Source of the DNA: Patellaria atrata CBS 101060
Taxonomy: Eukaryota
DNA length: 57,027 nt
Reading direction: 5' to 3'
NCBI GenBank assembly: GCA_010093705.1
Contig: MU006102.1
Span: 671,993 to 729,019, forward strand
Positions 12,951 through 26,096 of this stretch are shown here, one piece after another. The stretch's first letter is position 1. Each line of letters starts with the position of its first letter. The position numbers and the translations under genes were made by a program. The notes under the pieces were generated by a model, which ran no database searches, was not told the origin of the DNA, and worked only from the letters and a program-made list of their open reading frames with translations.

Positions 12951-13372
12951 GCGTTTTATTATTACTTTATAAAATTCTAAGGAACTTAGAAGTTATATTT
13001 CTTAATCGTTTCTATTTCGAGTAGCTTAGTAGTTTTTTATATAACTATAAACTAGATAACTAGATTCTATATATATAGTCTAGTATAATTTATTATATTA
13101 GTTATAATATAATTCTTTATAATATTCTTCGCACTTTAATTTCTAATATTCTCGTTTAATAACTATATTATAACTTAAATTACTTTTAATTTCTACTCTT
13201 TATCTTTATACGGTATAGTAATCACACTATATTCCTCTAATCGCGTACTATTTAAAGTCTATTATATTATATTTAATAATATATTCGGGTATTTTCTTAT
13301 TATTTTATAGTATTTCTATCTTCTATAAAAATATTTTTATCTTATAAAACTTTTTCTTTAATTCTTTATAAT

Positions 13373-13570
13373 TATAATAATATTATAGATTATTATTTCC
13401 TATTTTCCTTTATTAATAGTAGTCGCGTTAAGGTTCTACTATTATATATTTAATATTAGTAGATTATATAATTATAATTTCTTTTTTTCTTAACTTAATC
13501 TCTTTATACTATAGTTAGGTTATACTAGTTATAATTTAATTCGATTCTTTATAACTATTATATCGTTATA
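13373..13570 (+). repeat. 5' LTR of B (198 bp)
   Basis: Direct repeat of 26624-26821, differing by transitions. Confidence 0.92.
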
Positions 13571-13621
13571 TTAGATTAAGTTCTACCACTATAACCTTAA
13601 AAAGGCGATATAATATTCTAA

Positions 13622-13860
13622 CCTAGTGTTTAAGAGTATTAAGACTAAAGACTATAAGTTTATCTAGTATTTAAGAGTATTAGAATTAACGATAATAAGA
13701 GAAACTCGATATTTAAAAGTATTAAAACTAAAGACTATAAGTTTATCTAGTACCTAAAAGTATTAGGACTAATAATAATAAAAGAAACCCGATACTTAAA
13801 AGTATTAAAACTAAAGATTATAAGTTTATCCGACACTCGAAAGTATTAAGACCGATAATA
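13622..13860 (+). repeat. ~83-bp tandem repeat (~3 copies) in the B leader
   Basis: actataagtt-type anchor at 13651, 13734 and 13817. Confidence 0.85.
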
Positions 13861-15285
13861 AATAAACTATTATAAAATAGTTAAACTATTAGGAATAATA
13901 ACGCGAGAAGATATTATAAAAGATACTAGATTTATAAATTATCTTATTATAGAGTATAATATTAAATTAAAAGGAAAGAGTATTAAATATAATCGGCGTT
14001 TCTTAAAAGTCGCGCTAATTAGTGTACCGATTATAGAGGAAATATTTAAGAAGGACCTTTAAGATATACTATAATAATATAAGAATAAATATAAGCGGTA
14101 AAAGCTAAAATATAAGATTATCTTAAGTTAAGAATATATTAATAGTATTAAAAATATTAAATAAGTACTATAAGATAATCTAAATAACTTTATAGAAGAA
14201 TATTTATAAAGCCTATTACGACTAATAACCCGCGAAGAGTAAATAAAGATACTAGCCGGGATAACTAGATAGTATTATAAAGAGATAATATAGAAGATAG
14301 CTATATATAAAGTTAATAAAAAGATTATAAAAGACCTTTAAAATAAGAATTAAGTTCTATATAATTAATTAACGCGAGTACGGGTTAACTAAAACTAAAC
14401 CGACTATATTATAATAGAAGATATAATAGAAAACGCGAGAACCTTAAAGAGTAAAAATAATAAGTTAAGTAAGTTTCCCGACTTATCTATATTAATCGAT
14501 AGTAAAAATTTAATTTACTAAATATAAAAGAGTTAATTAATAGATAAACTCGAGTATAATACTAACTAGTATTTAACGGATAGAGATTAAGTAGTATATA
14601 TTAAGATAAAGATAGATAGATAATTAATTAATTAGATATATTTATATCTAAAGTTAAAAATAGAAGATAATAAAACTATTATATTTAAAAATTTATTTAA
14701 ATTTATTTACTAGATTTATAAAGACTTTAATAAATATCTTAAGGCTAAAGATAAACTAAGAAAGTTAAACTAGAGTTATCTAATAAACTTTACGAAATTT
14801 TAGTTAGACTTTATTTATTTAGCTATAAAAGCTAAGTTATTTAGAGACTAATAGAAAGAAGAGATCTATAAAAAGCTATATAATTCTCTATAATAGATTA
14901 TAATATTAGACGTGATAAACGATAATATTAATTTTAAAGAGTTCTATTAACGAGTAACGCTTTAAGTATAAGGCCTAGAGAAGTAAAGCTAGAAGTTAAA
15001 AGAGTAATAAGAAAAATAATAAAAGCGTAAGATTATTAGAGTAGCTTTAAATATTACGGTAATAAGTAGAATTATAATCTAGCGATTAAATAAAGTTTCG
15101 AGTATAGCTACTTCTCTATAATAATTAATAGACTAGAGTACTATAATAATTTAAAAGTTCACGGGAAATTGCTTTAACTACGGTAAACCGGGGCACCGAT
15201 CGGCTAATTACCGAGTATAAAGAAAGATAGTCGAGGTTAAGTCGGCTTAAGCGGAGTAAAACGAGTTAGGCTAAGAATTAGAACC

Positions 15286-15330
15286 GAAAAACGAGAAATC
15301 TTAAATAGAGACTCCGCTTTAAAGTTATTA
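15286..15330 (+). promoter_or_regulatory. Probable -1 gag/pol ribosomal frameshift site of B (G GAA AAC-type heptamer, gag stop, hairpin)
   Basis: gaaaaacgagaaatcttaa lies just after the zinc knuckle and before the protease; same motif in A2 (18595-18635) and A1 (~2760-2802, minus). Confidence 0.55.
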
Positions 15331-16636
15331 ATAGGAGTATTAAGAGTATTAGTAAACGATCTAATTACGAAGGAACCTTTTATTATATTATATCGAGTAT
15401 TAAGAAATGAAATTATAATATAGCTTAAGACCCTAATCGATATAGGAGTCTAAAGGTATATTCTTTTAAATAGGAAGTAGTTACTTATATTAAAATAACG
15501 ACTAGATATCGAGCTAAAGAAGATATTATATATCGATATAAAGAGTTTTAATAGCTTAATAGTAGAACTAATCGACGAGATAGTTAAAGCTAGTCTCGTA
15601 CTCGTTAGTAGATGATAGAAAACCCCTATCCTAGTAATTAATACGGGCCGTACTAATATACTAATTAGAAGAGAGTGGTTCTTAAAAACGGGCGGCCTAT
15701 TAAACTATAAGTATAACGCGATCTTCTAGCTATTATAGGCTATAGCGATCGAGGACTAGTAACGAGATATTATAATATTAAAGAGAGAATTATAGACTAT
15801 AATAGATCTAGTCTACTAAGTCGATATAAAATAAAGAGATAAAGTATCCGATAAACGAGAGATATAGCGTCTAAAGACTAAGACTAGATAGAAGGAAAAG
15901 TCTATACTATTTAGATAGAAATAATTGAGATCGTAAAGACGAGAACTAAATTCGAGTATATAAAGGATAGAGATAAAACTATCGAATATAGTAGAAAAAG
16001 AGACCTTAGAGCTTTTAAAGAAACTAAAAGTAGACTAATATATTAATATATTCGAAATAGAGTTAAATATTTATATAATTAGTGCTAAAGATTACCTATA
16101 AAATATTTAGAGACTAGATATAATTATTAAAGCTATAAGTTTATATAAAATTAATTCTCTAATCTAAGATAGGCTTAGGAAAGACGAAAATCTATTACTA
16201 AACGACGAGGAAGGGCTTAAGACGATAATACTAGAAAAGCTATCTATAAAGTATTATCACCTCTCTCACGTATTCTTAAAGTATATATTAGACTAGCTAC
16301 CTCCTTATTAAGAAAGAGTTAACTATAATATTATACTAGAGTAAGATAATAATCTAGTAACGAGCCCGTTATATAATATACTAATCGAGTATCTTTAATT
16401 AATAAAGGACTACTTAAAAGAGTATCTTTAAAAAGAGTTTATTAAGTTAAGCGAGGCACCGTATATATCTCTAGTATTATTCGCTAAAAAGCCGGATAAT
16501 AGTTAAAGATTTTATATAAACTATTAAAAGTTTAATAGTATTACTAAAAAAGATAAGTACTTATTATTACTTATAAAAGAAATATTAACCCGGCTATAAC
16601 GTATAAAGATATTCACGAAACTTAATATACGATAAG

Positions 16637-16898
16637 TATAATAACTTATTACGATACTAGTCTTATTCCTATATTTAATAAGTTTATATAAGGTCTTAGC
16701 CGGCTTAAACGCGGAAGAGATCTCGTGGCTATAATTAGTTAAACGGAAGATAGTCGGGCCGAGATTTAGTAAGACGGGATTATTATAAGCGGGTATTTAG
16801 TCTATAATATAATTATTCCTTAACTTAATCTTTACACTTAGTAGTTAATAATAGAGATAGTTAAAATACGATTATTATAGCTATACTATATTATTATA
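16637..16898 (+). repeat. 5' LTR of A2 (262 bp, subtype A'', RIPed)
   Basis: Direct repeat of 23007-23268. Confidence 0.92.
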
Positions 16899-17169
16899 CT
16901 AGATTAAGTTCACCTTTAATAGCCTCTAGAAAGGTGATATAATATTTTAACTAAAGCACGATATTAGTCTAGCTAATAAACGATTATCGGACCGATCGAG
17001 GATCTATAAATAGCCGAGCTCCACTAGTAATAAGATATCTAGTATTTAAGAATATTAACGCCGATAATAATAACGACTTAGTATTTAAAAGAGATTAGGA
17101 CTAACGAATACGAATTATTTAGAGAAGTAAATATTATAGTAAACTAAATAAGATAGTTAAATCTTTAGT

Positions 17170-18613
17170 AACTTTAGTAAAGTAGATAGGTAATAAGCTA
17201 ACTATAGATTTAGAAGTAGAAAGTAGTACTAGATTAAAAGAAAAAGGAAAAATATATTAATATAAATCGATATTAAAAGTGGTCGATTAATAGATTATTA
17301 ATAATATCCTAAAAGCGGATCTATAGAATCTACTAAAAGAAATTCCCGGAATAATAGAAGAAGGAAAGCCTTTTAAGTATACCGTTATTATAGATAATCG
17401 AAACACTAATACGATTAATAGAGCGAAGGAATAGGTAGCTAAAAATCTAGACTAGTTTATAATAGAGTACCTCTATATAAGAGCGAAGCTTATAACTCGA
17501 AAGATATAACTTAGAAAGATAGTAAATCTTATTAATAAGATAATACTTAACTTATAGCTAAAGCTATAAGTATATTAAGCGAACGAAGAAGCTATAAAAC
17601 GCCTTTAAAATAAGATTAATAATTTAAAAAAGTAGATTAAGTAGTCTAAACTAGACTAAAAAAGTGTTTAGTTTAATAATAAATCTAATAATAAAGAACT
17701 ATTAGCATTATATAGTTATAATAATCGAGCTAGAATAGTCGACTTAACTAAAAGCTTTAGAAATAGAGGCGACGATAAGATAAAAAAGTTCCCTAATCCA
17801 CTAGAATTAATTAATAATAAAAAGCTAATCTATAAGAAGTGGAAAAGTAAGATAAACGATAAACTCTATATTAATAGCGACTAGTTCTAAGATAAAAGGG
17901 CGAAGACTACCTATATTAAAATATAAATTAGTGATAAGGTAGCTAAATATATATACTTTTTCTTAAAATCGGAGGAGGACGATATAACCTTAATAAGATT
18001 AATAAGATTCCTAAACTAGATCTATAAAAACCTAACTAGACGATTAAAAGCTAAAGATAAACTAAAGAAATTAAGGTAAGACTACTTAATAGACTTTCTA
18101 AAGTTCTAGTTTACGTTTATCTAGCTAGCTAATAAAGCTAAATTATCACGCGACTAGTAGAAAGAGGAACTCTATAATAAACTCTATAATAATTTAAGGC
18201 TAATAATAGCGGAAGTTATAAGTAACGATAAAATTAGCTTCTAAAAATATTATAGTAAAACTATAATATAGGCACGAGAGCTAAAAAGATTAGATAAAGC
18301 TAATAAAGCTCGTAGAGAGAGTTAAAAGCGTGATAAATCGATTAAAATAATTTCTACTTTAATAATAATAAATAGAACTTTATACCGATTAGAAAATAGA
18401 GGAACCACCTTATCTATAATATTATAAGTGATAGAGTAGATTATAACTATTTAGAAGTTTACGGGTAATTACTTTAACTATAGTAAGGTCGGATATAGAG
18501 CGTTAAAATGCCGGGGACTAAAGAAGATAACTAAAGTAAAGTTAATCTAGAAAGACGAGTATTAAAGTTTAAAGTCCGATTTAGGGTTAGATTTAGAAAA
18601 TAAGAAACCCTAA
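17170..18613 (+). pseudogene. gag: gag remnant of A2
   Basis: CCHC knuckle TGN[C]FN[CG]KVG[H]RA..CR at ~18461-18514; many RIP stops; start approximate. Confidence 0.7.
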
Positions 18614-21600
18614 ATAAAGACTCTATATTAAAGCTAATAGTAGAAGTATTAATAATATTAATTAGCGATCCGATATTAGAAAAGCTATTCACGATACTAT
18701 ACTAAATCTTAAAAAACGGAATCGTAATATAGCTTAGGGCCCTAATTAATATTAGAGCTTAAGAGTATATTTTACTAAATAAGAGATAGCTACCCGCTTT
18801 AAAATAATACCTTAGAATTAAAGTTAGAAAGATAGACTAAAAGATCGAAGTTAATATCTTTAATAATTCGAAGATAGTACTAATTAATTAAGTATTTAAG
18901 GCGAGCCTTATAATTAAAGAATAAAGATAGCTAATATCGATTATAGTAATAAATATAGGCTATAATAATATACTTATAAGTAAAGAGTAGTTCTCTAAAA
19001 CTAATAGTTTATTTAATTATAAGCACTATCGGATTATTTAGCCGAAATAGGCTACTATAGTTAAAGACTAGTAATGAGATATCGTGATTTCGAAGAGCGA
19101 GCTATAAATCTAAATTAATCTATAGCACTAATTCGATATAAAACGACGAGATAAAGCTATCGATAAACGAGAATATAATCGATAGAAAGTATTAATTAAC
19201 TAGAGAAGGAAACCGTAACTATTCTAATAGAAGTAACCGAGTTTATAAGTTAAGAATATCGACTTTAATCTCTAAAAGATAAAATTAGAACTATCGAATC
19301 TAATAAAGAGAGAGACGCCGGAACTCTCTAAAAAGCTAAAGCCGAAGCTAAGTAAGCGGGTTAATATTACCGGAATCTATATAAATATCTATTTAGTTAA
19401 CGGAGAAAACTACCTAAGAAACGTAAAGCGTAAAAACGTCGTTATAAATACTATAAGTCTATACGAGATTAACTCCTTAATATAAGATCGACTCTCGGAA
19501 GACGAAAACCCTCTAGATAAAGACGAAGACGCTTATAGAGCGATAATCTACGAAAAGTTACCTAAGGAATACTATCACTTAGCCTATATATTCTCGAAAT
19601 CTATATCCGATAAGCTACCACCGCTTAGAGAAGGCGTAGACCATAATATAGTACTAAACTAAGATAGTAATCTTACTACTAGCCCCTTATATAACATGCC
19701 TATCGAACACTTATAGCTAGTAAAAGACTACCTAGAAGAGTATCTCTAGAAGGGGTTTATCGTTCCGAGCGAAGCACTATACGCGTCTCCAGTGCTATTC
19801 GCCAAGAAGCTAGGAGGTGGCTGGAGATTTTGCGTCGACTATCGGAAGCTAAATAGCATCACGAAGAAGGACAAATACCCGTTACCATTGATCGAAGAGA
19901 CACTGACACGACTGCAGCGAGCCAAGATCTTTACCAAACTAGACGTAAGATAAGCATTCTACCGGATTCGGATGAAAGAGATAGCTGAAGACCTCACCAC
20001 ATTCCGAACGAGATACGGATCGTTTAAATATAAGGTACTACCGTTCGGGTTATGTAATGGGCCGGCCTCGTTCTAACGGTTTATTAATAAAGCACTCTTC
20101 GATTACTTGGACGACTTCTACACGGTATACGTCGACGATATCTTGATCTACTCTACGTGCCCGTTAGAACATAAGATTCACGTCACCAAAGTATTAAAAG
20201 CATTGGCAAAAGCCGGCCTGCAAGCCGATATAAAGAAGAGCGAGTTCCACGTAACGAAAACCAAATTCCTGGGGTTTATTATCAGCACCGACGGAATAGC
20301 AATGGACCTAGAGAAGACTGAGGTAGTTCGAAACTGGAAGCTACCCACGAGTGTAAAAGGCATTCTATCGTTTAACGGATTCTGCAACTTCTATCGGAAG
20401 TTCCTTGAGAAGTTCGGTCGGGTAATACGGCCGCTGACAGTTCGGACCCGAAAAGGAGCATGGCAACCGCTCGGGCCAAAAGAAGAAGAAGCATTCGAAA
20501 GAGCCAAAGAACTAATTCTATCGGATCAAGTACTAGCGCACTACGACCCTCTACTCGAGACAAAAGTCGAATCCGACTGTAGCGACGGAGTTGCTGCAGC
20601 AGTCCTATCTCAGCTTCACGGAAAGATCTGGAGACCGGTTGCCTTCTGGACAAAGACGTTATCAGAAACGGAACTAAGGTACGAAATCCACGACAAAGAG
20701 ATGTTGGCCGTAGTGAGAGTACTAGCCGAATGGAGAAGCATGTTGGTAGGACTACAGCAAGTCCCCTTCACTGTGATCACTGACCATAGAGCACTGGAAT
20801 ACTTCACCACGAAACGGTTACTCAATGCTCGACAAGCCCGATGGAGTGAAACCCTATCCGATTTCCACTTCCGAATCACGTACCGGCCCGGAGCCCAGAA
20901 CGTCGTCGCGGACGCGCTTTCACGTAAGCAAGAGGACCTGAAGACGGCAAAAGATAAAGACATTGCGGCACGGACCCAGGTGCTAATCGACCCGAATATA
21001 ATGGTAGCACCCCTCCAGTTCTTTACAGAACAACAACCACTGTCTAAGAAGACATCTCAGAACAGCAGGAAACGTGTAGCCTCCATGGGGAAGGCGGCAG
21101 AGAAGTACGCCCCGAACCCAGGACCCGGGGCCCGGGTTATGGTGGCCGAGGTGGCGATAACCGAGCCTTCGCTAATGCAGGAGACGGAGGGAGTCGAAGC
21201 TCAGGACCCGGGGCCCAAGGTAGCTAAAACCCCAAAAGGGAGAGACAACATGCCAAAGAAGTGTATTGACCCCGGCCCTGGGCCGGGGCCAATGCCCACT
21301 CACTCCACAATTCCCACCACTGAAGAAGAAAAGGAGGTCAGGTTTCAAGAGGAAGAAAGGGAGGATATACCCACAGATTCGGAGCGGCATGTCCAAAACG
21401 AGCTCGGTCGGAACCAGAAACCGTTAGCAACATACCTACTAGTGGACCGGATCTTAGAAGTAAACAGGAAGCATGACTCTCTATCGGTATACCGAAAGCA
21501 AGCCGAAGCCAAGGAGAGACACTGGGAACTACAGAACGGCCTACTCGTCAGATTTAGTAGGCTTATAGTTCCAGACGTGGATAACCTCAGAACGTATCTG

Positions 21601-22928
21601 ATACGAGACGTACATGACGCGCTGGTTACAGGACATCCAGGAACGAAGAAGACGAGAGAGCTAATCCGAGCACGATACTATTGGCCCGGCTTAGTGGCCG
21701 ACGTGGAGAGATACGTCCGGAACTGTCACACTTGTCGCCGAACGCATATACCAAGAGACAAAACCCCTGGTTTACTGAAATCACTGCCGATAGGAGACAG
21801 ATATTGGCAACACGTCTCTTTCGACTTCAAATCGTTCCCCAAAGACACACACGGTTTCGAAATGGCGTTCGTAGTGGTAGATCGACTAGGAAAGAGAGCG
21901 ATCTCGCTTCCCTGCACCAAAGATATCTCAGCTAAGATAGCTGCAAAGCTGTACTACGAACACGTATGGCGAATATACGGCACACCGGAAACGGCGACAT
22001 CAGATCGTGGCCCACAGTTTGTATCCGCGTTCACGGACGAACTTTGCAAACTGACAAAAGTGAAACAGAAGCTNNNNNNNNNNNNNNNNNNNNNNNNNNN
22101 NNNNNNNNNNNNNNNNNNNNNNNNNNNNNNNNNNNNNNNNNNNNNNNNNNNNNNNNNNNNNNNNNNNNNNNNNNNNNNNNNNNNNNNNNNNNNNNNNNNN
22201 NNNNNNNNNNNNNNNNNNNNNNNNNNNNNNNNNNNNNNNNNNNNNNNNNNNNNNNNNNNNNNNNNNNNNNNNNNNNNNNNNNNNNNNNNNNNNNNNNNNN
22301 NNNNNNNNNNNNNNNNNNNNNNNNNNNNNNNNNNNNNNNNNNNNNNNNNNNNNNNNNNNNNNNNNNNNNNNNNNNNNNNNNNNNNNNNNNNNNNNNNNNN
22401 NNNNNNNNNNNNNNNNNNNNNNNNNNNNNNNNNNNNNNNNNNNNNNNNNNNNNNNNNNNNNNNNNNNNNNNNNNNNNNNNNNNNNNNNNNNNNNNNNNNN
22501 NNNNNNNNNNNNNNNNNNNNNNNNNNNNNNNNNNNNNNNNNNNNNNNNNNNNNNNNNNNNNNNAAGCACCGATGGACCCGTTACCCGGACAACGGCTAGA
22601 ACCACCACCGCCGATCGAAATAGACGGCGAGCCCGAATATGAAGTAGATAAGATCCTGGCAAGCCGCATCTCTCGCGGCAAGTTACAGTATAAAGCAAGT
22701 TGGATCGGATACGACCCTGACGAGACGTGGTATCCGGCTCGTAACTTCATCAGAGCACCGCACAAGCTCGAAGAATTCCACGATCAGAGACCAGCCGACG
22801 CCGGACCACCAGTCCGACTTAAAGAATGGCTCCAAGCCTTTAGATCCGAGACAGAAGTAGAGCCGCACGACGATGACGATATAGCCGAAAAGAAGGGGCC
22901 TATACAGATTTTGAGACGTCGCAAATAG
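18600..22928 (+). pseudogene. pol: pol of A2: RIPed protease and RT N-terminus, then an open RT (YVDD)-RNase H-integrase-chromodomain stretch (20107-22928, across an N gap)
   Basis: Track ORFs 20107..22599 and 21966..22928: VYVDDILIYS; ESDCSD...YEIHDKEMLAVV; HDALVTGHPG...CHTC; SFDFK...SDRGPQF; EYEVDKILASRISRGKLQYKASWIGYDPDETWYP; upstream in-frame stops at ~19951 and ~20074. Confidence 0.95.
22074..22563. other. Assembly gap inside the A2 integrase
   Basis: 490 Ns; the frame offset across the gap is probably a gap-size artefact. Confidence 0.98.
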
Positions 22929-23006
22929 ATAACAGATCGAGTTATAGAACGCTACTAACGTCACCACGGAAATCGGGGCCGATTTCTACTGTTGGGGGGG
23001 GGGTAA

Positions 23007-23268
23007 TGTGACGACTTGTCACGATGCTGGTCTTGTTCCTATGTTTGGTGAGTTTGCACGAGGTCTTGGCCGGCTCGGACGCGGAAGAGATCTCGTGGCT
23101 GTGATTGGTTGAACGGAAGATAGTCGGGCCGAGGCTTGGCAAGGCGGGACTGTTATAAGCGGGCATTCGGTCTATAATACAATTATTTCTTAACTTAATC
23201 TCTATACTTAGTAGTTAGTAATAGAGATAGTTAAAATACGATTATTATAGCTATACTATATTATTATA
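23007..23268 (+). repeat. 3' LTR of A2
   Basis: Begins tgtgacgacttgtcacg right after the PPT; first ~160 bp un-RIPed. Confidence 0.93.
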
Positions 23269-26096
23269 GTAAGTATTCTACTAGATATAGATAATAGAGT
23301 TAGTTAAAGATTTTACTATATTCTAAACCTAGTATAACTTCTTTAAATATAAGATATTACTATTTAATTTATATAATAGCCCCGTCTCTTTCTAATAGTT
23401 TATTAATAAAGCTCTCTTTAAATATCTAAATAATTTTTATATAATTTATATAAACGATATTCTAGTCTATTCTATATACTCGATAAAGTATAGAGTGTAT
23501 ATTACTAAGATACTAAAAGCGTTAACCGAAGTTAGCCTATAGACTAATATTAAGAAGAGTAAGTTTCACGTAACTAAGATAAAGTTCTTTAAATTTATTA
23601 TTAATATAAATAGTCTAGCTATAAACTTAAAGAAAATAGAAATAGTTTAAAATTAATAACTATTAATAAATATTAAAGATATATAATCTTTTATCGAATT
23701 TTATAATTTCTATTAGAAGTTTCTCGATAAGTTTAAATAAGTAATACGGCTACTAATAAGCTATATTAAGAAAAGAGTATTTTAGTAACTACTCGAGCTA
23801 AAAGAATATAAGACTTTTAAGAGAATAAAATAACTAATACTATTAGATTAAATAATAATATATTATAGCTCTTTACTAGAAATTAGAGTCGAATTAGACT
23901 ATAACGATAGGATAATAGCTATAATTATCTTATAGAAGTATAGTGATAAGTAAAGACTTATTATCTTTTAAACTAAAACGCTCTTAAAGTCTAAATTAAG
24001 ATATAAGATCCACGATAAGAAGATACTCGCTATTATAAAAGTATTAGTTAAATAGAAAAGTATACTAGTAAAATTATAATAAGTGCTCTTTATTATTATT
24101 ATTAACTACTAAGCTCTAGAATACTTTATAATAAAATAGTTACTTAATATATAGTAAGCTTATTAAAGTAAAGCTTTAACTAACTTTTATTTTTAGATTA
24201 AGTATTAGCTTAAAGTAGAGAATATAATCGCTAACGCTTTATCTCGGAAGTAGGAGGATCTTAAAATAGTTAAGGAGAAAAATATTATCGTATAAACTTA
24301 GGTACTACTTTATCTATAGATAATAATAACTATAAACTATCTCTTTATAAGATCTAGCTAAGCTTATACTTATACTCTTATTATATTTAAAAGTGTTTTA
24401 GTTAAGCTTTTAATATCTCTTACTACGATAATAAAACTAATAAGATATATATCTAGAAAAGAGAAGAGTATAATTAAATTAATTACACTAAATTAGAGCT
24501 AGGTAGATATTATATCTAATTCGCTCTAGTCTAGCCCGGGAAATCACGGAATTAAAAGAGAGGAAAGGAGAAGACCTAGAACTATTATAAATTAATTTAA
24601 ATCTAGTATAAAAAAGGGCGATTTTAAATTATATAGATAGCTAGCTCTAAAGTCTTAAAAAGCGCTAATAGAGCGGTTATTATTAATTAAACTTATCGAT
24701 AAGATTATCTAAGAGAATAGAATATATAAGTTACTAGCCTCTTTTTAGAAGTAAGTTAAGATAAGAGAAAAGTACTAAAATATCTATAAAGATCTACTAC
24801 TATAGTTTAACCGGCTAATAGTACCGGACGTTAATAACCTCTATATATACTTACTCCGAGATATCTATAATATTCTAGTAACTAGATATCTAGAAGTATA
24901 GAAAATAAAAGATCTAATTAAAGATTAATACTACTAGCCGGGCCTAATAGCTAATATAAAGAGATATATACGAAACTATTATATATACTATTAAACGTAT
25001 ATACTAAGAGATAAAGCTCTAGGCTTACTAAAACCTTTACTAATTAGAGATAGATACTAGTAGTATATAGCGTTCGACTTTAAGTCGTTTCTAAAGAATA
25101 AACACGGATTTAAGATAATCTTTATTATCGTTAATAGACTTAGGAAATAAACTATCTTTATACCTTATAAACGAGATATATCCGTTAAATTAGTAGCTAA
25201 GCTATATTACGAATATATATAAAGAATATACGATATATTTAAAACGGTAATATCTAACCGAGGACCCTAATTTATCTCGGTATTTATAAACGAGTTATAT
25301 AAACTAATAAGAGTTAAGTAGAAGCTATCCACGATATATTACTTCTAAATAAATAGTGGTACGGAGATTATAAACTAATATATCGACCTAAGATTACACC
25401 TCTTTATAAACTATTACTAAGACGACTAATTAGAATTAATACTAGCCGTAGACTTCGCCTAGGTAACGCTAATCCATGAATTAATAGGTATCTCACTATA
25501 CGAATTAGAACTCGGATATAAACTATAGATATACTTTAATTAGCACGAGCGTATTAATCTAAATAGTTATAAGACCGCTAGAGATTATATAAACTAAGAA
25601 AAGGTATAGTAGTTTATAAAATAAATTCACGATATTATTAAGTAGGTTAGAGGGAACTTAACTCGAGTATAAGTAATATAAGCTAAAGTAGCTAATAAGT
25701 ATCGTTAAAAGCTAGACTTTAGACTAAATAACTATATCTTTATCACTCGGAAGGGCTAAACTTTAGATAGACTAAACGTTAAACTAGACTACTAAAACGC
25801 CGGACTATATAAGATTACCGGTATAAAGAGATACTTCTATATAGTAAACCTACCACCTAATATAAAGATATCGAACGTATTTTACGTGGATAGGCTAAGA
25901 AAGACTATTATAAATCCACTTCTAGGCTAGTAACTAGAACTATCTTCACTAGTTAAGATTAATAGGGAACCGGAGTATAAAGTCGATAAGATATTAACTA
26001 ACTATATCGTACGGGGTTAACTATAATATAAAGTAAGTTAGGTAGGTTATAACCTCGATAATACGTGATATCTAGCCTTAAATTTTATCAGAGCCC

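Larger units (their letters stand above)
16637..23268 (+). mobile_element. Gypsy chromovirus family A, full-length copy A2 inserted in the RT of B
   Basis: 262-bp LTRs; TSD ATAAG (16632-16636) / GTAAG (23269-23273), both RIP products of GCAAG; host RT FTKL[DV]R[QA]FY[R]I rejoins across it; PPT G-run 22994-23003. Confidence 0.95.

Noticed and set aside
13622..13860. CRISPR-like repeat-spacer pattern (also in C LTR arrays)
   Set aside because: The 'spacers' are themselves repeated, the context is a eukaryotic retroelement, and there are no cas genes.
21966..22928. Apparent frameshift between the integrase core and chromodomain
   Set aside because: It falls within the N gap of estimated length and is not evidence of programmed frameshifting.
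20178..23166. Minus-strand and off-frame ORFs overlapping A2 pol and its LTR
   Set aside because: They are shadows of pol with no independent motifs; two are inflated by the N gap.
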